This document shows positions 13,713 through 29,159 of a stretch of 64,000 nucleotides of DNA, piece by piece (position 1 is the stretch's first letter; the number at the start of each line of letters is the position of its first letter). A program made the position numbers and the translations under genes. Source of the stretch: Entomortierella parvispora E1425 (Eukaryota > Fungi > Mortierellomycota); assembly GCA_020891255.1 (NCBI GenBank), contig BQFW01000011.1, forward strand, positions 1,488,001 to 1,552,000, given 5' to 3'. The notes under the pieces are model-generated. The model was not told where the DNA came from, made no database searches, and worked only from the letters and a program-made list of their open reading frames with translations.

Positions 13713-14692
13713 AGAACCATAGAGAGATAAACATTTACCACGCGGTTTGTGCGACCGAAGGAAAATAAAAATTAGTCTCTTTCTGTGTCGATCATTGAAA
13801 AAAGTGCGAAGACGCGACTCGACTGCGCGGTGGCTGTGCGGAAGCAGCTGCAGATCTTAGCGTGCTTTTTGTGCAGATGCATCGTCTTTTCGCGTGTCAT
13901 TTTGTGTGTGATGTATTTCTGTCGTCCCGTGAAGGGAACCGAAAAAAGAAAGAAAAGAAAAGGAAAGAAAAGAAAAGAAAAAAAGAATCACTGATCGACA
14001 TGATATTCACCGGATCTGATCAAAAAGAGAAAGAAAAAAAAAAAAAAGTCCACAAGTAGAACAGTGGCGATATGATATTCAGGGTCTCTGTGGATGCTCA
14101 TGGTCTCAATCCAATGCCATGGTAGCGTCCTCGGAGGCACAAGTAATAGACAAGAGTGGCACCTGATTCGGGCGTGGATCCCTGATTCTTGAATGAAAGA
14201 AACGAGAGAATAAAAAGAAAAGAGAACGAAAGGAACGGTGCACACGAGAGGATGATGTATTGTCGGTGGAGCGGAGACATGAGAAGCTGAGGGTGGTGAT
14301 GAGAGGACCCCAAAAAGTGCCGACTGTGCAATCGACCAGGCCTCACCCTTCTTTCCTCTCTACTACCCTTCTCTGCTCCATCTCATTCATCTTCCATCGT
14401 CCACACACTGCCTCAACCCAGGGAATAGGGAGTGTTTATTTTCTATCCATCTTCAGGTATGAACTTGCCGCTAAACACCAACCCATCTTTCATTTCATCT
14501 GGATCATCCACACCTCAGATAACATCACCTTGCTAAGAGTACGCAGACGATACAGATCAAAGGGCCCCAGAAGCTGATCATCTCACTTTCATCACAACCG
14601 TTCTACCTGACGCCAGATACAGATCATACCACTTGTCGACATCCTGCCTTGAGGAAGCCCTGGAAGGGATCCTTTGAAATATCAAAACTACA

Positions 14693-17600
14693 ATGGCGAC
14701 AACTCGGTCTCGCTCAAAGCAGTGTCTATCAGCCACAGAGAATCTTGCCGTCGCCGATGGTGTGCAACACCGCAGGCACGAAGAAGACCCGAGCACGGAG
14801 CAAAGTGCTTGCCACCCAGTGACCATTTCCAGCACTGAAGTCATGAGTGAGCATCCTGAGGGCCAGCCAGAAAGGTTGGACTGTGTCACAGAGACACAGG
14901 AAGCAAGGTATGGAAGACGCGAGCGCGCAGAGTCACCATCAATGCCGGATGCAAAACCACCACCTGTCCTCGAAAAAAGGACATCAGAGATCACATTGGG
15001 GTTTGAGCCTGTTCCCGACGACTCAATCGATGCTGACGATGCATTCGATATCAGCCCTAGCCAAAATATCCATCGCGTGCGAGTTTTTGCTCAAGACAGC
15101 CTGTCCCCACATACTATCGACGGAGCCGGGTCTGCAGACTGCTTCAACTCTACCGCGAAGCATCACATAGGCGGGCAGAGATCCACCGAGCAAGGCCAGC
15201 TGAAGCTGGAACCAGAAGATGGCAATGTCGCTGAGGAGTTGTTGTTGGATGATCGTGACGACATCTTTTCAGGCTCTCCAACCGATGTTGATGGCCTATC
15301 CGGGTCTCAGTCTTCATTGACTTTGCTCCAAGAGTGCGAAGACGGGTGCGACTACAAGGTTGAGATCAGCCCTTCTAGTTCTTCTTCCTGCTCATATGGG
15401 GGGCCGTCTAGCCCAGCTGAAAAACTACGGGGCTCGAACGTCACCTTGCTCTCTCCAGCCTACACGTCCAAACAAAGTGGTGGAGTCGAGCTATCCACGA
15501 CTTCAGAATCTTTGATCCCGGCCGCTACGCTTCAAATGTCACCTCAGCAGCACTTTGACCGGAGCACTTCCTTCGACATGGTGGCATTCCCCATTTACAA
15601 TCAACAGATTGCAGGTGCAGAGAACGCCGCGGACAGGCAGTATCAGTTCCAGTCAACACAACGACATCGGGCGCCGAGTCCTTACCTGGGGTGCGAAGAC
15701 AAGCACCAGTCCTGGAATGGAGTCCTTTCGCATCAGCTGGAGACTCCAGTCGCGCTTGTCAACCATCATGCCTACGAGCAACCATTCGTTCACTCCGAGT
15801 CGTATCCATTCCGCTATGAGGTCCACCCGAGTTTTACACCTATCCAAACTTATGAAACGATCGCTGGTGTTACTGTAGCGACCACGGCGTCTTCAATGCC
15901 CGCTGCGGCCTCGATCGATGAGAGCTTGAACACTCCTCTGCCATCGGCTTCGCCATTGGAGTTACCGCCACCATCACAGCAAGATAATGGAGATCAAGAT
16001 GGTTCCTTTTTCGAATCGCATCCCCAGGACCCAGAGCCCAAGATCTGCGCCAACTGCCAGACACTCACCACACCGAGTTGGAGGCGATGCTCACAAGGCA
16101 AGATCTTGCTCTGCAATGCCTGCGGTCTATACCAAAAGCTGCACAACGTCCCTCGACCAACCTATGTCAGCAAGGAAGGCGTGGTCAAGATCCGTCGGCA
16201 GCCGCAACAGCGTGACCTGCCCTGCACTCGTTGCGGTACTCGCACGTCCCTGAATTCGAAGCGGGGACCGAACAATGAGGTGATCTGCAACAATTGTGGA
16301 GAGACACTGAAGCACTCGCATCCCCAAGTCAAAGGCGACGATGAATTTTTGGGCACGTTGGGAGAGTCATCCCAGCAGCGGAAATCCAACAAAATCCGAC
16401 GACTGTCATCGGGTGAAGGTCTGTCAGGGTCCTCACTTTCAAATTCGAGTTCGAGTCATGGAAAGGGAAAGAATCGAAGAGATGAACGCGTGGAAATGAA
16501 TGTGAAGGAGGAGGACCACAGCTCCTTTCTCCATCAGAGCCGTTCATCCGAATTCTCCGCTGCTATCCGTGGCGATGAGCGGTTTCAAGACTTGTCTTTG
16601 TCAATTGGAGGTTGGTACGGTAGGCCGAGTTCTGGTCATTCGATGGGGTCCTTCTTTGGTGACGAAGGGGTATCATTGGGGAACTCTCTTGACGTTCGCG
16701 CAGCCTCTACCTTGTTTAATCACCCACAGCAAGGGATGCCGCAGTCCAGGACGTCTATTCCACAGAGCAGACTGCAACAACCATTCCCTTCACTGTGGCT
16801 CTCAGAGCAACATGGATCCCACGATTCTCATCTGCCGCCGTTGTACCAAGCCATCACCCATATCGAGTCCCCGTTTCAGTCTTCAATGCAGAACCCGCCC
16901 TTCTCCAACGCTGCTGGTCCGTCCGCTCAACACCAAGGAGAAGTTACCGGGACACCCGTCCGTTCCTCTGGCACCACTGACGCCATAAGCGATTTCATGT
17001 CTCCCAAGACTGAGAATACGGAAACGGCGATGGTCGACCCTACTGTCCCGCTCAACACACTTCTCAAGCACGACACATCCTCTCAGTCGCAGTTGCAATA
17101 TCAATGGTCTCTCTACCCTGCTTTTGGACAAGGCCATCAGCATCCCTTCATGGGACCACTCAGCTCTTCAGCCACTCCCACAAGGGATTTTCAGCAACAG
17201 CAACAGCAACAGCAACAGTATCCATATCAGCCACATGAGTTTCCAGGTTTGCAACATCATGGTTTGGCCTTGCAAAACTATCACTCACGGCAAACGCAGC
17301 AACAGCAGCATCAGATATATCAGCAGCAGCAGCAACAGCAGCAACCAGGATATCACCGCCGCCGCAATCACTTCCAGCAACTGCCCCCGCAGCAACAACA
17401 ACAGCAGCAGCGACAGCAGGGCTACCACCAAAGCCGGTACAATAGCCGCCAAGCTTGGCAAACACAGGGCCAGTACCGTCGTTCTTATCAGAGGTACAAT
17501 CGCGGTCACCATCCATCCCACTCCCTCCAACAGGGAGCAACTCAACAAAACGGCGGGTTTTATTTGCCAGTTCCCACGATGTCTTTATCATCGCAGACCC

Positions 17601-18646
17601 ATCCTCGCTCGCTTAGGCTGCCTCCTATCAGCAATGGAGATTACCCATCGGAGTTCGTACAGAATGTCGACAACAGCAGCAGAGGCAGCAGCTACTACGA
17701 AAACAACGGCAGTAGCAACGTTCATATCAATCTGGTCCAGCGAGAGCAAGAGAAGCGGAGGCAAAACGAGTCAAAAATGGTCTTGAGCGCCTTTTGGGAA
17801 CATCATCTGAATGGCCCACCAGAGATCAAGGCCACTGGAACAGGGACTACCACCATGGGTGCGGGCGGTGACGATGACGACAGCAGCGACGGAGGACCGG
17901 AAGATCATGAGCGGATGACATCTGGAGAGATGAATGGGTCTAATGTGAAGGATGAGCTGGAAGAGGGGGGGACGCTGACTTCAACGAGCGACGACGGGTT
18001 GAACAAAGATCTGCAGGGGACCTTGGACGATCAGGCAGCTATGAGTGTCAGTACGATGATGCATTACATCAAGCCGGACGACGACGACACGAGTTTGAAC
18101 GAAGGAAAGGAGGGAAAGGAAGGAAAGGAAGGAGAGGAACTCGGTGCAATGAAAGACACGGACGATGGTGGCCACAATCGCATGGTCACCGCTGCTGTTG
18201 TAGCCACAACAGCTCAATCAGAGCTTTATCAACACCACCAACTTCATCAGGAGCAGCAGCAGCTATCTCCCACTCCTACTGCCGCCATTCAGACTTCGAC
18301 TGCAGGTAGTTCGGATGCACTCTCTACAAAGAAGAAAGCAGATGAAGAAGAAGAGGTGAGCTCTTCCTCCCTGCAGATGTTGGCCGCGACTTGCATCAAT
18401 TCCACGCCCATGTCATCTCCCATGCTGACTCCAAAGTTAGAAGCCCAAGACCACGCCCCGAATTGCCGCAATACCCGTGAACAGCAACCATCGGATGCAT
18501 TGACGACCGTGCAAGAATTCCCGTCTGCAGATACGACTCCTCCATCACCGCAGCCACCACCTGTTGTTCTTCGGAAGAGTGAGCGCCAGCGTCGCGCCTT
18601 GGTTAACAGGAATGCCCTGGACCGTGAGCTGCGATCTCGACAATAG
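14693..18646 (+). CDS. GATA-type zinc-finger transcription factor (1317 aa, single exon)
   Basis: [33 protein letters not shown] (C-X2-C-X18-C-X2-C), plus a second degenerate finger CTRC-X17-CNNC; Q-rich and acidic low-complexity regions. Confidence 0.88.
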   Translation: MATTRSRSKQCLSATENLAVADGVQHRRHEEDPSTEQSACHPVTISSTEVMSEHPEGQPERLDCVTETQEARYGRRERAESPSMPDAKPPPVLEKRTSEITLGFEPVPDDSIDADDAFDISPSQNIHRVRVFAQDSLSPHTIDGAGSADCFNSTAKHHIGGQRSTEQGQLKLEPEDGNVAEELLLDDRDDIFSGSPTDVDGLSGSQSSLTLLQECEDGCDYKVEISPSSSSSCSYGGPSSPAEKLRGSNVTLLSPAYTSKQSGGVELSTTSESLIPAATLQMSPQQHFDRSTSFDMVAFPIYNQQIAGAENAADRQYQFQSTQRHRAPSPYLGCEDKHQSWNGVLSHQLETPVALVNHHAYEQPFVHSESYPFRYEVHPSFTPIQTYETIAGVTVATTASSMPAAASIDESLNTPLPSASPLELPPPSQQDNGDQDGSFFESHPQDPEPKICANCQTLTTPSWRRCSQGKILLCNACGLYQKLHNVPRPTYVSKEGVVKIRRQPQQRDLPCTRCGTRTSLNSKRGPNNEVICNNCGETLKHSHPQVKGDDEFLGTLGESSQQRKSNKIRRLSSGEGLSGSSLSNSSSSHGKGKNRRDERVEMNVKEEDHSSFLHQSRSSEFSAAIRGDERFQDLSLSIGGWYGRPSSGHSMGSFFGDEGVSLGNSLDVRAASTLFNHPQQGMPQSRTSIPQSRLQQPFPSLWLSEQHGSHDSHLPPLYQAITHIESPFQSSMQNPPFSNAAGPSAQHQGEVTGTPVRSSGTTDAISDFMSPKTENTETAMVDPTVPLNTLLKHDTSSQSQLQYQWSLYPAFGQGHQHPFMGPLSSSATPTRDFQQQQQQQQQYPYQPHEFPGLQHHGLALQNYHSRQTQQQQHQIYQQQQQQQQPGYHRRRNHFQQLPPQQQQQQQRQQGYHQSRYNSRQAWQTQGQYRRSYQRYNRGHHPSHSLQQGATQQNGGFYLPVPTMSLSSQTHPRSLRLPPISNGDYPSEFVQNVDNSSRGSSYYENNGSSNVHINLVQREQEKRRQNESKMVLSAFWEHHLNGPPEIKATGTGTTTMGAGGDDDDSSDGGPEDHERMTSGEMNGSNVKDELEEGGTLTSTSDDGLNKDLQGTLDDQAAMSVSTMMHYIKPDDDDTSLNEGKEGKEGKEGEELGAMKDTDDGGHNRMVTAAVVATTAQSELYQHHQLHQEQQQLSPTPTAAIQTSTAGSSDALSTKKKADEEEEVSSSSLQMLAATCINSTPMSSPMLTPKLEAQDHAPNCRNTREQQPSDALTTVQEFPSADTTPPSPQPPPVVLRKSERQRRALVNRNALDRELRSRQ

Positions 18647-19057
18647 CCCACCCAGATCTTGAGCAATAAAGTGTGTTCGACCAACGCAATTGCCATTTTT
18701 TTTTTTTTGTTTTTTCTCCAAGTAAAGGGAACAATGACAATGGGGACGACAGGGTAAGGAGTCTCCGACATCGTGCCAATATCGGCCACCACCGATCTCG
18801 CTTGGCGCACACGTGCACTGACCCTCTCTTTAATCATCATGTCCCCCGACATTCGCGCCTTTCATTTTGCTCATCGCCCTTTCTCGTCCATTCAATTGCT
18901 CAGACCAAACACCCCTTGGATATACAGGTACGTTGGTCATGACATCATCTCTGACCTGTCTCGTGCATTTAGACAAGAAACATCTTGTTTATTGTCAAAA
19001 CTATTCTACAAAGAGTTGGACTTCTGTTCTCATTGTCCTTTTACGCCCCAAGATCGA

Positions 19058-22000
19058 CTAGGCAGAGGAGGAAGGTCGTGGCTCGTATTCGCCTTCGGCA
19101 TTGTTCTCATCAGAGAGCTCCTGGATTGTATCCGACTCTGGCAAGACAAGTCGAACGTTGGTCCGGCTACCACTGCCACCACTGCTGTTTTTGTTCCCGC
19201 TTCCGTGCTCGCTTCTGCCAAAATGCATCGTATCCGGCGGAGGCTGCAAGAACCCCCGTTGCGGAGTGGGTCCGACGCCGGCTGCACTTGTGGCAGAACC
19301 ATCTGCTAGGGCGCCGCCTCCATACTCTGAACTAGACGAGCCCGAGGCTCCGTACCCCGTCGCGTAGGCAGGTAGGGAGAAAGACATCATCTTGCGCCCG
19401 TCTGCATGATGAGGCTGCCGACTTGACCCTGGAGGATAATCGGGGTATCGCTGCGGGTGGTTTCGTCGGATACGAAGGCGACCCAGGTGCGCGTCTTCAT
19501 CCGAAGTTTCATCCTCGTCCGACTCCTCCTCTCCCTTCGACGAGTCCTTTTGGCTTGAATGGCTACTACCAAGGGGCGTGCGATCTTCGCGGAGTTGCTG
19601 CATCCACATGTATGCATAGATTCCTCCCGCTCTCATCAATTCCTCATGGCTGCCCTGTTCTGCGATCTGTCCCTGTTGGATCACAAGAATTTTGTCCGCG
19701 TCCACGATAGTCGACAGTCTGTGGGCAATCATGAGTGTTGTTCTGTCCTTTGAGATTGTCTCCAGCGAGTTTTGGATCTCGCGCTCCGTCTGTGTATCCA
19801 AAGCGCTGGTAGCCTCATCCAAAAGCAGAATCGGTGGGTTTTTGAGAATGGTTCTTGCAATTGCAACACGCTGCTTCTCACCGCCAGATAGACGCATGCC
19901 CCTCTCGCCGACTCTGGTTGCATACGCATCTGGGAACCTTGAGATGATTTCGTGGATCCTGGCGGCCTCTGCAGCTGCTTGGATTCGACCATCGTCCTCC
20001 CAGTCATCATCGTCATCATACTCTGTACCGTCGCCCTCAATGTCGGCTTCATCCCCTTCCGTGACACCCGCCGTTTCTGGAGAGGATGACGGGGATCCAT
20101 TCTTGTGCTTTCGGCCTTTTCCTGGTGGCCTGACTGGTTTTCCGCTCAACAGAGTACGTCTGACTCCACCACCTTCAGAGATATCGACAATGGTTCCTCT
20201 CCTTTTCACGAGTGCAACTCGAGACGGATCAAAGACTTGAGTATGGTCCTGGCCAATCTTGCCGTACCCAATGTTGTAGCCAATTGTTTCGTTGAATAGG
20301 GCCGTATCCTGAGGGACAATGCCGATCCTTCTTCTGAGACTGGACTGCGTAACGGTCCTGATGTCCTGTCCGTCGATCAAGATCCTGCCTTGGGTCGGGT
20401 CATAGAATCGGAAGAGAAGTCGCAATATCGTAGATTTTCCTCCTCCTGAGGGTCCAACCAGAGCGAGTTTTTGCCCATGTGGGATGGTGAAGGATACGGA
20501 CTTTAGATTGGGGTAGAGCGGGTTATATCCAAACGAGACGTTGTCTAGAATGTGGGAAAGTAGCATGGCGTTAGAAGCGCGCTTCTAGAAGCATACGTGA
20601 CAAAAAAAAAAAAAAAATATGAGAGAATCCATACCAAAGACAACCTCGCCTCTAGTCATCACCAGAGGCTTTGCTTCAGGCTCATCCTGAATCTCCACTG
20701 GTTCATTGAACAGATCCAACATCTTCTCCATGTCAATAAAGTTTTTCTATCAAAAGATTGAAAAAAATAATAGTTAGTCTAAAAGTCATATCAGAATCCG
20801 AGTGAATGATATCCAAAGTGGTAACCAACCTGAAGCGATCGATAGGAAGTTCCAAAGAGGTTCAATGGACCATAAAGCTGCAAGATATAGGTGTAGTACA
20901 TAACAAAGTCTCCTACAACCATTTCCTTTTGAGCAACGCGTTGTGCGCAAAGAAGACAGCCAAGGGCCAGTCCTCCTTGAATCACAAGGTTCAGTGTTGT
21001 GTTGAGAATCCCGAGTGTGTACTGAGACTTTCGGTCCGCTTCTTGGTAAGCGAGGATGGCCTCAGTGTACTTGCCAATCTCAAACTCCTCTGTGGCGAAA
21101 AGCTTGATCGTTTCGTAGTTGAGGAGAGAATCGACAGCCCGTGCCTCTACTGCATTGTCCAAAGCATTTGACTCTCGGCGATATCGGGTTCTCCAGTCCG
21201 TCATGAGAATGGTGGCGTAAATGTAGCACATCATTGTCGCGGCGACGATAAGTCCAAAGTAGATGTCAAATTTGCGTGTCAGAACAATACAGGCGATGGC
21301 AATGTCGACCAAGCAGGGCAGGATATTGAATAGAAGAGAGGAGAGCAGGGTGACAATCGAAGACACTCCGCGATCTATAGCAAATATTAACAGATCGCCA
21401 TGTTAGAATGGGCTCTTGTTGCAGCATGAGCACGAGGCTGCACGTAACATTACCTTGCACGCGAAGCATTTCTCCAGTTTTCCGGTTTAAGTGAAACCGC
21501 AGAGACAAGTTCAAGAGATGCTCAAACATCTTGACGGCAAGTTCGCGCGTGTTATACTGACCGACTGGAATCCAAAGCAAGCCCTGAAGCGTGTCCACAA
21601 GTCCAATGCTGCTCTGCAGTGCTCTAAAAGCAATGAACACCATGATCTCTTTCCAGATGAATCGAGGGTTGCCGTCTTCCTCTTTTCCACCTTCGCTTCC
21701 GTCTTCCACTTTTGTCAGTGCATTGACAACATTCGCCACCTGCCATGGTACTAAGACGTTGACGGCACGACCCACCACAAGCAAAGCCATACAGAGCATG
21801 ATATGGGTTTGCAATTTTGGAGAGTTGGAGGGCCAAATAAAAGGCCGAAGATGTTTGCAGTGCTCATAAAATTCTGCAAACGTAGTTGGCCTCTGGTAAT
21901 CCTTTTGCGCTGAGGCTGCCTGTGCTGCATCCTTGGCTCTCTGCTTGCTTTTGTTGGAGTGCGCATTTGGATCGTTGTCATGAGAAAGGGTGGCCTCGCT

Positions 22001-23385
22001 GAGATCTGAGGGGAGCGTGGGAGCATTGGTCGACAAAGGCAAGGACCGGAACTGATATTCCTGCAAACCTCCAAGAAAGACGAGACTCAAAGACTGAATG
22101 AATCGCGATATGACAGTAAGTTTGGCCACTAATTCCAGGGGGCTACTCGGTCCAAAGTCCGGCTGCGTCCGGTTGTGGACCCAAAGCGAAAACGAGACTG
22201 TGGAAATGATGCAGGAGCAGATCCAGAAGAGACGAAGTGCGTTTGAGAACTGAGGTTTGTGCCGCTCCTGGAAAGCGATCCCAGTTTGGAGTGCCCATGC
22301 GAGACAACAGCAAGCAGACGAGACCAGGATCCAGCCCAACCCCTGCCAGAAGAGAGTATTGTCGTTGTCTAAGAAGATGGAAGCCGAGGGACAAAAGTGT
22401 AAGCAACAGGAGATAAATATAATTTGGATTTTTTGCCAATTGTAGACTGCAGAGTGCGTCATGGAGCATGGCAGCGCAGAGCACTGACACAGGCAAAGCA
22501 GGCAAAGCGGGCAATGCATGCAAAAGTAGCCAGACGAGACCCGCTGTTCCTGGTTCGAGCGGGGTTGGATGATTGCTCGGAAAGGAGCACAAGGACCCTT
22601 TTCTGGACCCGCCTGCTTTGCACTGCATATATGCTTTGCCCGAACCAAAAATCCAGATCTGACTTTCAATTGTGCCCACGCGAATAAGCCGACTCACCTG
22701 CGTCATGGTGCTTGATCAGGAGGATTGCGAGTGCAACCAGGTTGGCTATCGACACCAGCAGACCGATGGCTATCGAGATCAGTAGTAGATGGCTTGTTCG
22801 CACGGTCGATCCAAGAGGATACTCCCGCCATGGCCTCTGATCATCCAGCCGGATCCGACCTTTTCGATGAGACAAGGACAGGAAAAGGGATGAACATGGG
22901 AGAAAGGGTGAACATGGTCAGTGGTACGAACGAAGAGTCGGGTTTCAATGCGTGTGTGTCCCGTCTCCCTTTGTATTCGCAGGCCATTCAGCAGATCAGA
23001 CAGGGGGACGAAAGCACATCCTCGGGAGGAAAACGCAAGGATAAAGAATGGCCTTGTGTTGCATGGTCCAAGAGCAAAATAAAGGGTTCTTGTGCACACA
23101 TCCGTTTCAAGCTTATTCCTGCCTGCTACTTCTCTCCTCCTCCTCCTGCTCCTTCTCCTGGAGAACCAAAGGAAGGGAAGGGTGAGGGCAGAACCACAAC
23201 ACATAGACTCCATTCCAAGGTCCATGGGCTCATTGGCACATGCGTTCATTTGCACATGCGTTCGTTGGCAACATCCATGCATTCGAGTTGTAGGGTATAC
23301 CTTGTTGGTATTTTTGTTGCCAGAGTGTGTAGAGTCCGGTGGCTAGTGAGCATGCTAGCAGAATGGGGCCCTCAAGGACGTTCAT
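19058..23385 (-). CDS. HMT1: ABC half-transporter, HMT1/ABCB6 (heavy-metal tolerance) type (~1127 aa)
   Basis: complement(join(19058..20544,20635..20746,20830..21374,21454..22446,22698..22859,23301..23385)) = 3384 nt in frame. N-terminal extra TM region, TMD motifs [13 protein letters not shown] and DRGVSSI, Walker [10 protein letters not shown], signature LSGGEKQ, Walker [13 protein letters not shown]. The first two exons are the least certain. Confidence 0.85.
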
Positions 23386-23826
23386 GTAGGCGACCGTTAA
23401 TGTACAAAAAAAAAAAAGGAGAGGGAAGTTGGAATGGACAATGGAGAGGTTGGAATGAAGAGAATGACACTTCGTTCAGTCTGCGTTGTATGAGTGGGGA
23501 GAGGAATGGAGGATGGGTTGAGGCTATCGAGTGCCGGTTTGAGGGAGGATGGGGCAGAGAGGGAAGAGAAAAGAGTGGTGAAGAGTGAAAAAAGAAGCGG
23601 AAGAAACCTTTATTTGCAGACTGAGCCCACGATGATGCAACAAGGCATTGGTCCCTCGTCTCATTCTTCTCTATGGTTCTCCTATCCTGGCCTTCCCATC
23701 TGTCTCGACTGTCTTTGTGTCTGTTCCTTGGATCCTCCATCCACCATGTCGGTGCAACCAGACCTGATGGGTAATCTAGGGTCTGTGATCTGTTTGTTTT
23801 CTATTCAGCTTGCTTTCTGAGAAGCC

Positions 23827-23857
<31 letters not shown>

Positions 23858-24286
23858 GACCATGAGAAGCTCGATGACAAACGTCTGTGCGTCATGAAAT
23901 GTTTTTCTCTCCCTCCACTCGAGATAAAATTTTCGCTCAAGAACGTCCACATTGAGTTCGACGTTTTTCTCCTGCAGGAGCAGTAGCAGCAACACCACCA
24001 CCACCACCGCCGCCGCTAGGAGATATCAAATCTTACTAGCATGGATCAAAGCAACCGATGATAGAGTGAGTGCACGAGGAACATTCAGTTGGTTCTCAGC
24101 ACCATATGGGACCCGAGAGGCACACGCGCTTTCTTTCCAGCGAAATGCAAAACAAGACGAAGTTCCTTGCCGGTGTGTCAGATCCGTGAAGACGAGACCT
24201 CATAGTCCCACTTGGCGCCAGCTCGCGTGGATCGTGGCGCAGAGTCTGCGGTGGGTAGCTGGCCAATAGGAGTACAAGATCAATCA

Positions 24287-24300
24287 TGATCACGTGATCA
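24287..24300. promoter_or_regulatory. Palindromic E-box (TGATCACGTGATCA) in the divergent HMT1/CUL2 intergenic region
   Basis: Perfect 14-bp palindrome with a CACGTG core, about 190 bp upstream of the CUL2 ATG. Confidence 0.35.
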
Positions 24301-24488
24301 GTGTGACCTCACTCAACGCGGTGCAACAAAACGCATGCATTTGAACACATGCTTCTCTGCAACCGTTCCTCCGTTCCTCATTCCTTCCGCCCGCAGAATT
24401 ATCCTGGCACAACCCCGCGCCTGCCCCCTTTCTCCTTGTTCTTCTCCTACTCTCATTTTGAACCTTCACCACCTCCCTCTCCGCAGCC

Positions 24489-27817
<3,329 letters not shown>

Positions 27818-29159
27818 AAGAGAGACACTGAGCTCCTCTGTCGTCATGCTGTCTTTTTGTCTTTGGATGATGATACAAAATACACTACTCCCTCGACTTT
27901 TTTTTTTTTTTGGCTTGTCTTTGTGGTGGAACGTGTTTAGCGTATCTTTGGGTTCACAAGAAAAACAAAACGACTCTTTGAGAGACGCTTGGCATGACAA
28001 AGACATTAAAGGCTTAAGTAGAACGAACATGATCTGGTTTCTACAGTCTTGGCGCAAGAGAAAAAGAGAACGGGAGGACAAGCAAGGCAAACAAGAAAGT
28101 TGGCCACGAAATTGCTGTCGATCGGGGTTCGGGCTGGCCCAAGCGCACGGAGCAAACAAACATGTGCCTGGGCAGGCAGTGAAGTTTGCCGTTGAAGGGA
28201 ATTCAGTTGAGAGCCGACTGCCCGGCCCAAGGTAAAAAGGGGGAACAGAATTTTGTTGGGGGTAGAGGAAAAAGAGAGCAATTGCTGTGGTGCAGGGCGT
28301 AGAAGGGTCGCGCCTCGCGGGATGACAAAGAGGAATTAATGGGAGGGTTATTTTACAGAATTGGTGGCAACGTGCCCTGTCTTTCGGCAGCGTTTTCTTT
28401 GATGTGTTGTGGAGAAGAACAGCAGGCGGGAAGGACGAAGGACGAAGTGCATGGTGTCCGTGTTTGTGGGGATACACACACACACACACTCACATGCCCT
28501 TTCTTTTGTTCTTATCTCTAGTCTGAGCAGACCCATGCTGTTTTCAGAAGGATGGACGTGTGTGCATTACTTGACGACATGCCGACTCTTGATCTTGGCA
28601 AGGCAGAAAGAGAGTGAGTGAGCAAGAGCGGGTCGGTCTCTCTGACAACGTGTCCGCGGTCCAACGTGAAAAGCAGACACGCAAGAAGAACAGGAAGAAC
28701 AGGAAGAACAGGAAGGACAGGTGGAATGAAGACAGGCAGCCATATGGCCATGCATGCACATTCCCGCCCGCGAAGGACAGGACAGCCAAGCACCGAAAGA
28801 GCACAAGAACAGCAGGGCGCCGTTCGTTCACTTTCTGTTTCCTTCTCCACAAAACGATTTTTTTTTTGTGCTCCGTCCGTGAGTCTGTCGAAAAAGAAGA
28901 AAGTGAATCACCAATCGGCTCGGCCTCTCTTCTTTCTCGTCTTGGCCAACGTCTTTTTCCGTTACCCCACCTTCTGTCGCCTTCCTCTCCTCTCTGTCCC
29001 TCCTCCCCTCTCTATCCCTCCTCTCCTCTCCTCTCTTGCATCCCTCGACTCACTTGCTTTGTTTGCATTCCCTTCTTCATTCTCCTCTTCTCTACCTTTT
29101 TTTTTTTTTTTTTTTTTTGCTTTCTCATTCCTCTCCGACCCGTCCATTCTTTCGACATC

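Noticed and set aside
22725-23588. 287-aa plus-strand ORF
   Set aside because: Overlaps the first exons, first intron and promoter of the minus-strand ABC transporter; no motif.
28614-29159. N-terminal extension of the TMEM135-like ORF
   Set aside because: Composed of AACAGGAAG repeats and poly-T/CT tracts typical of UTR; ATG 29160 is preferred.
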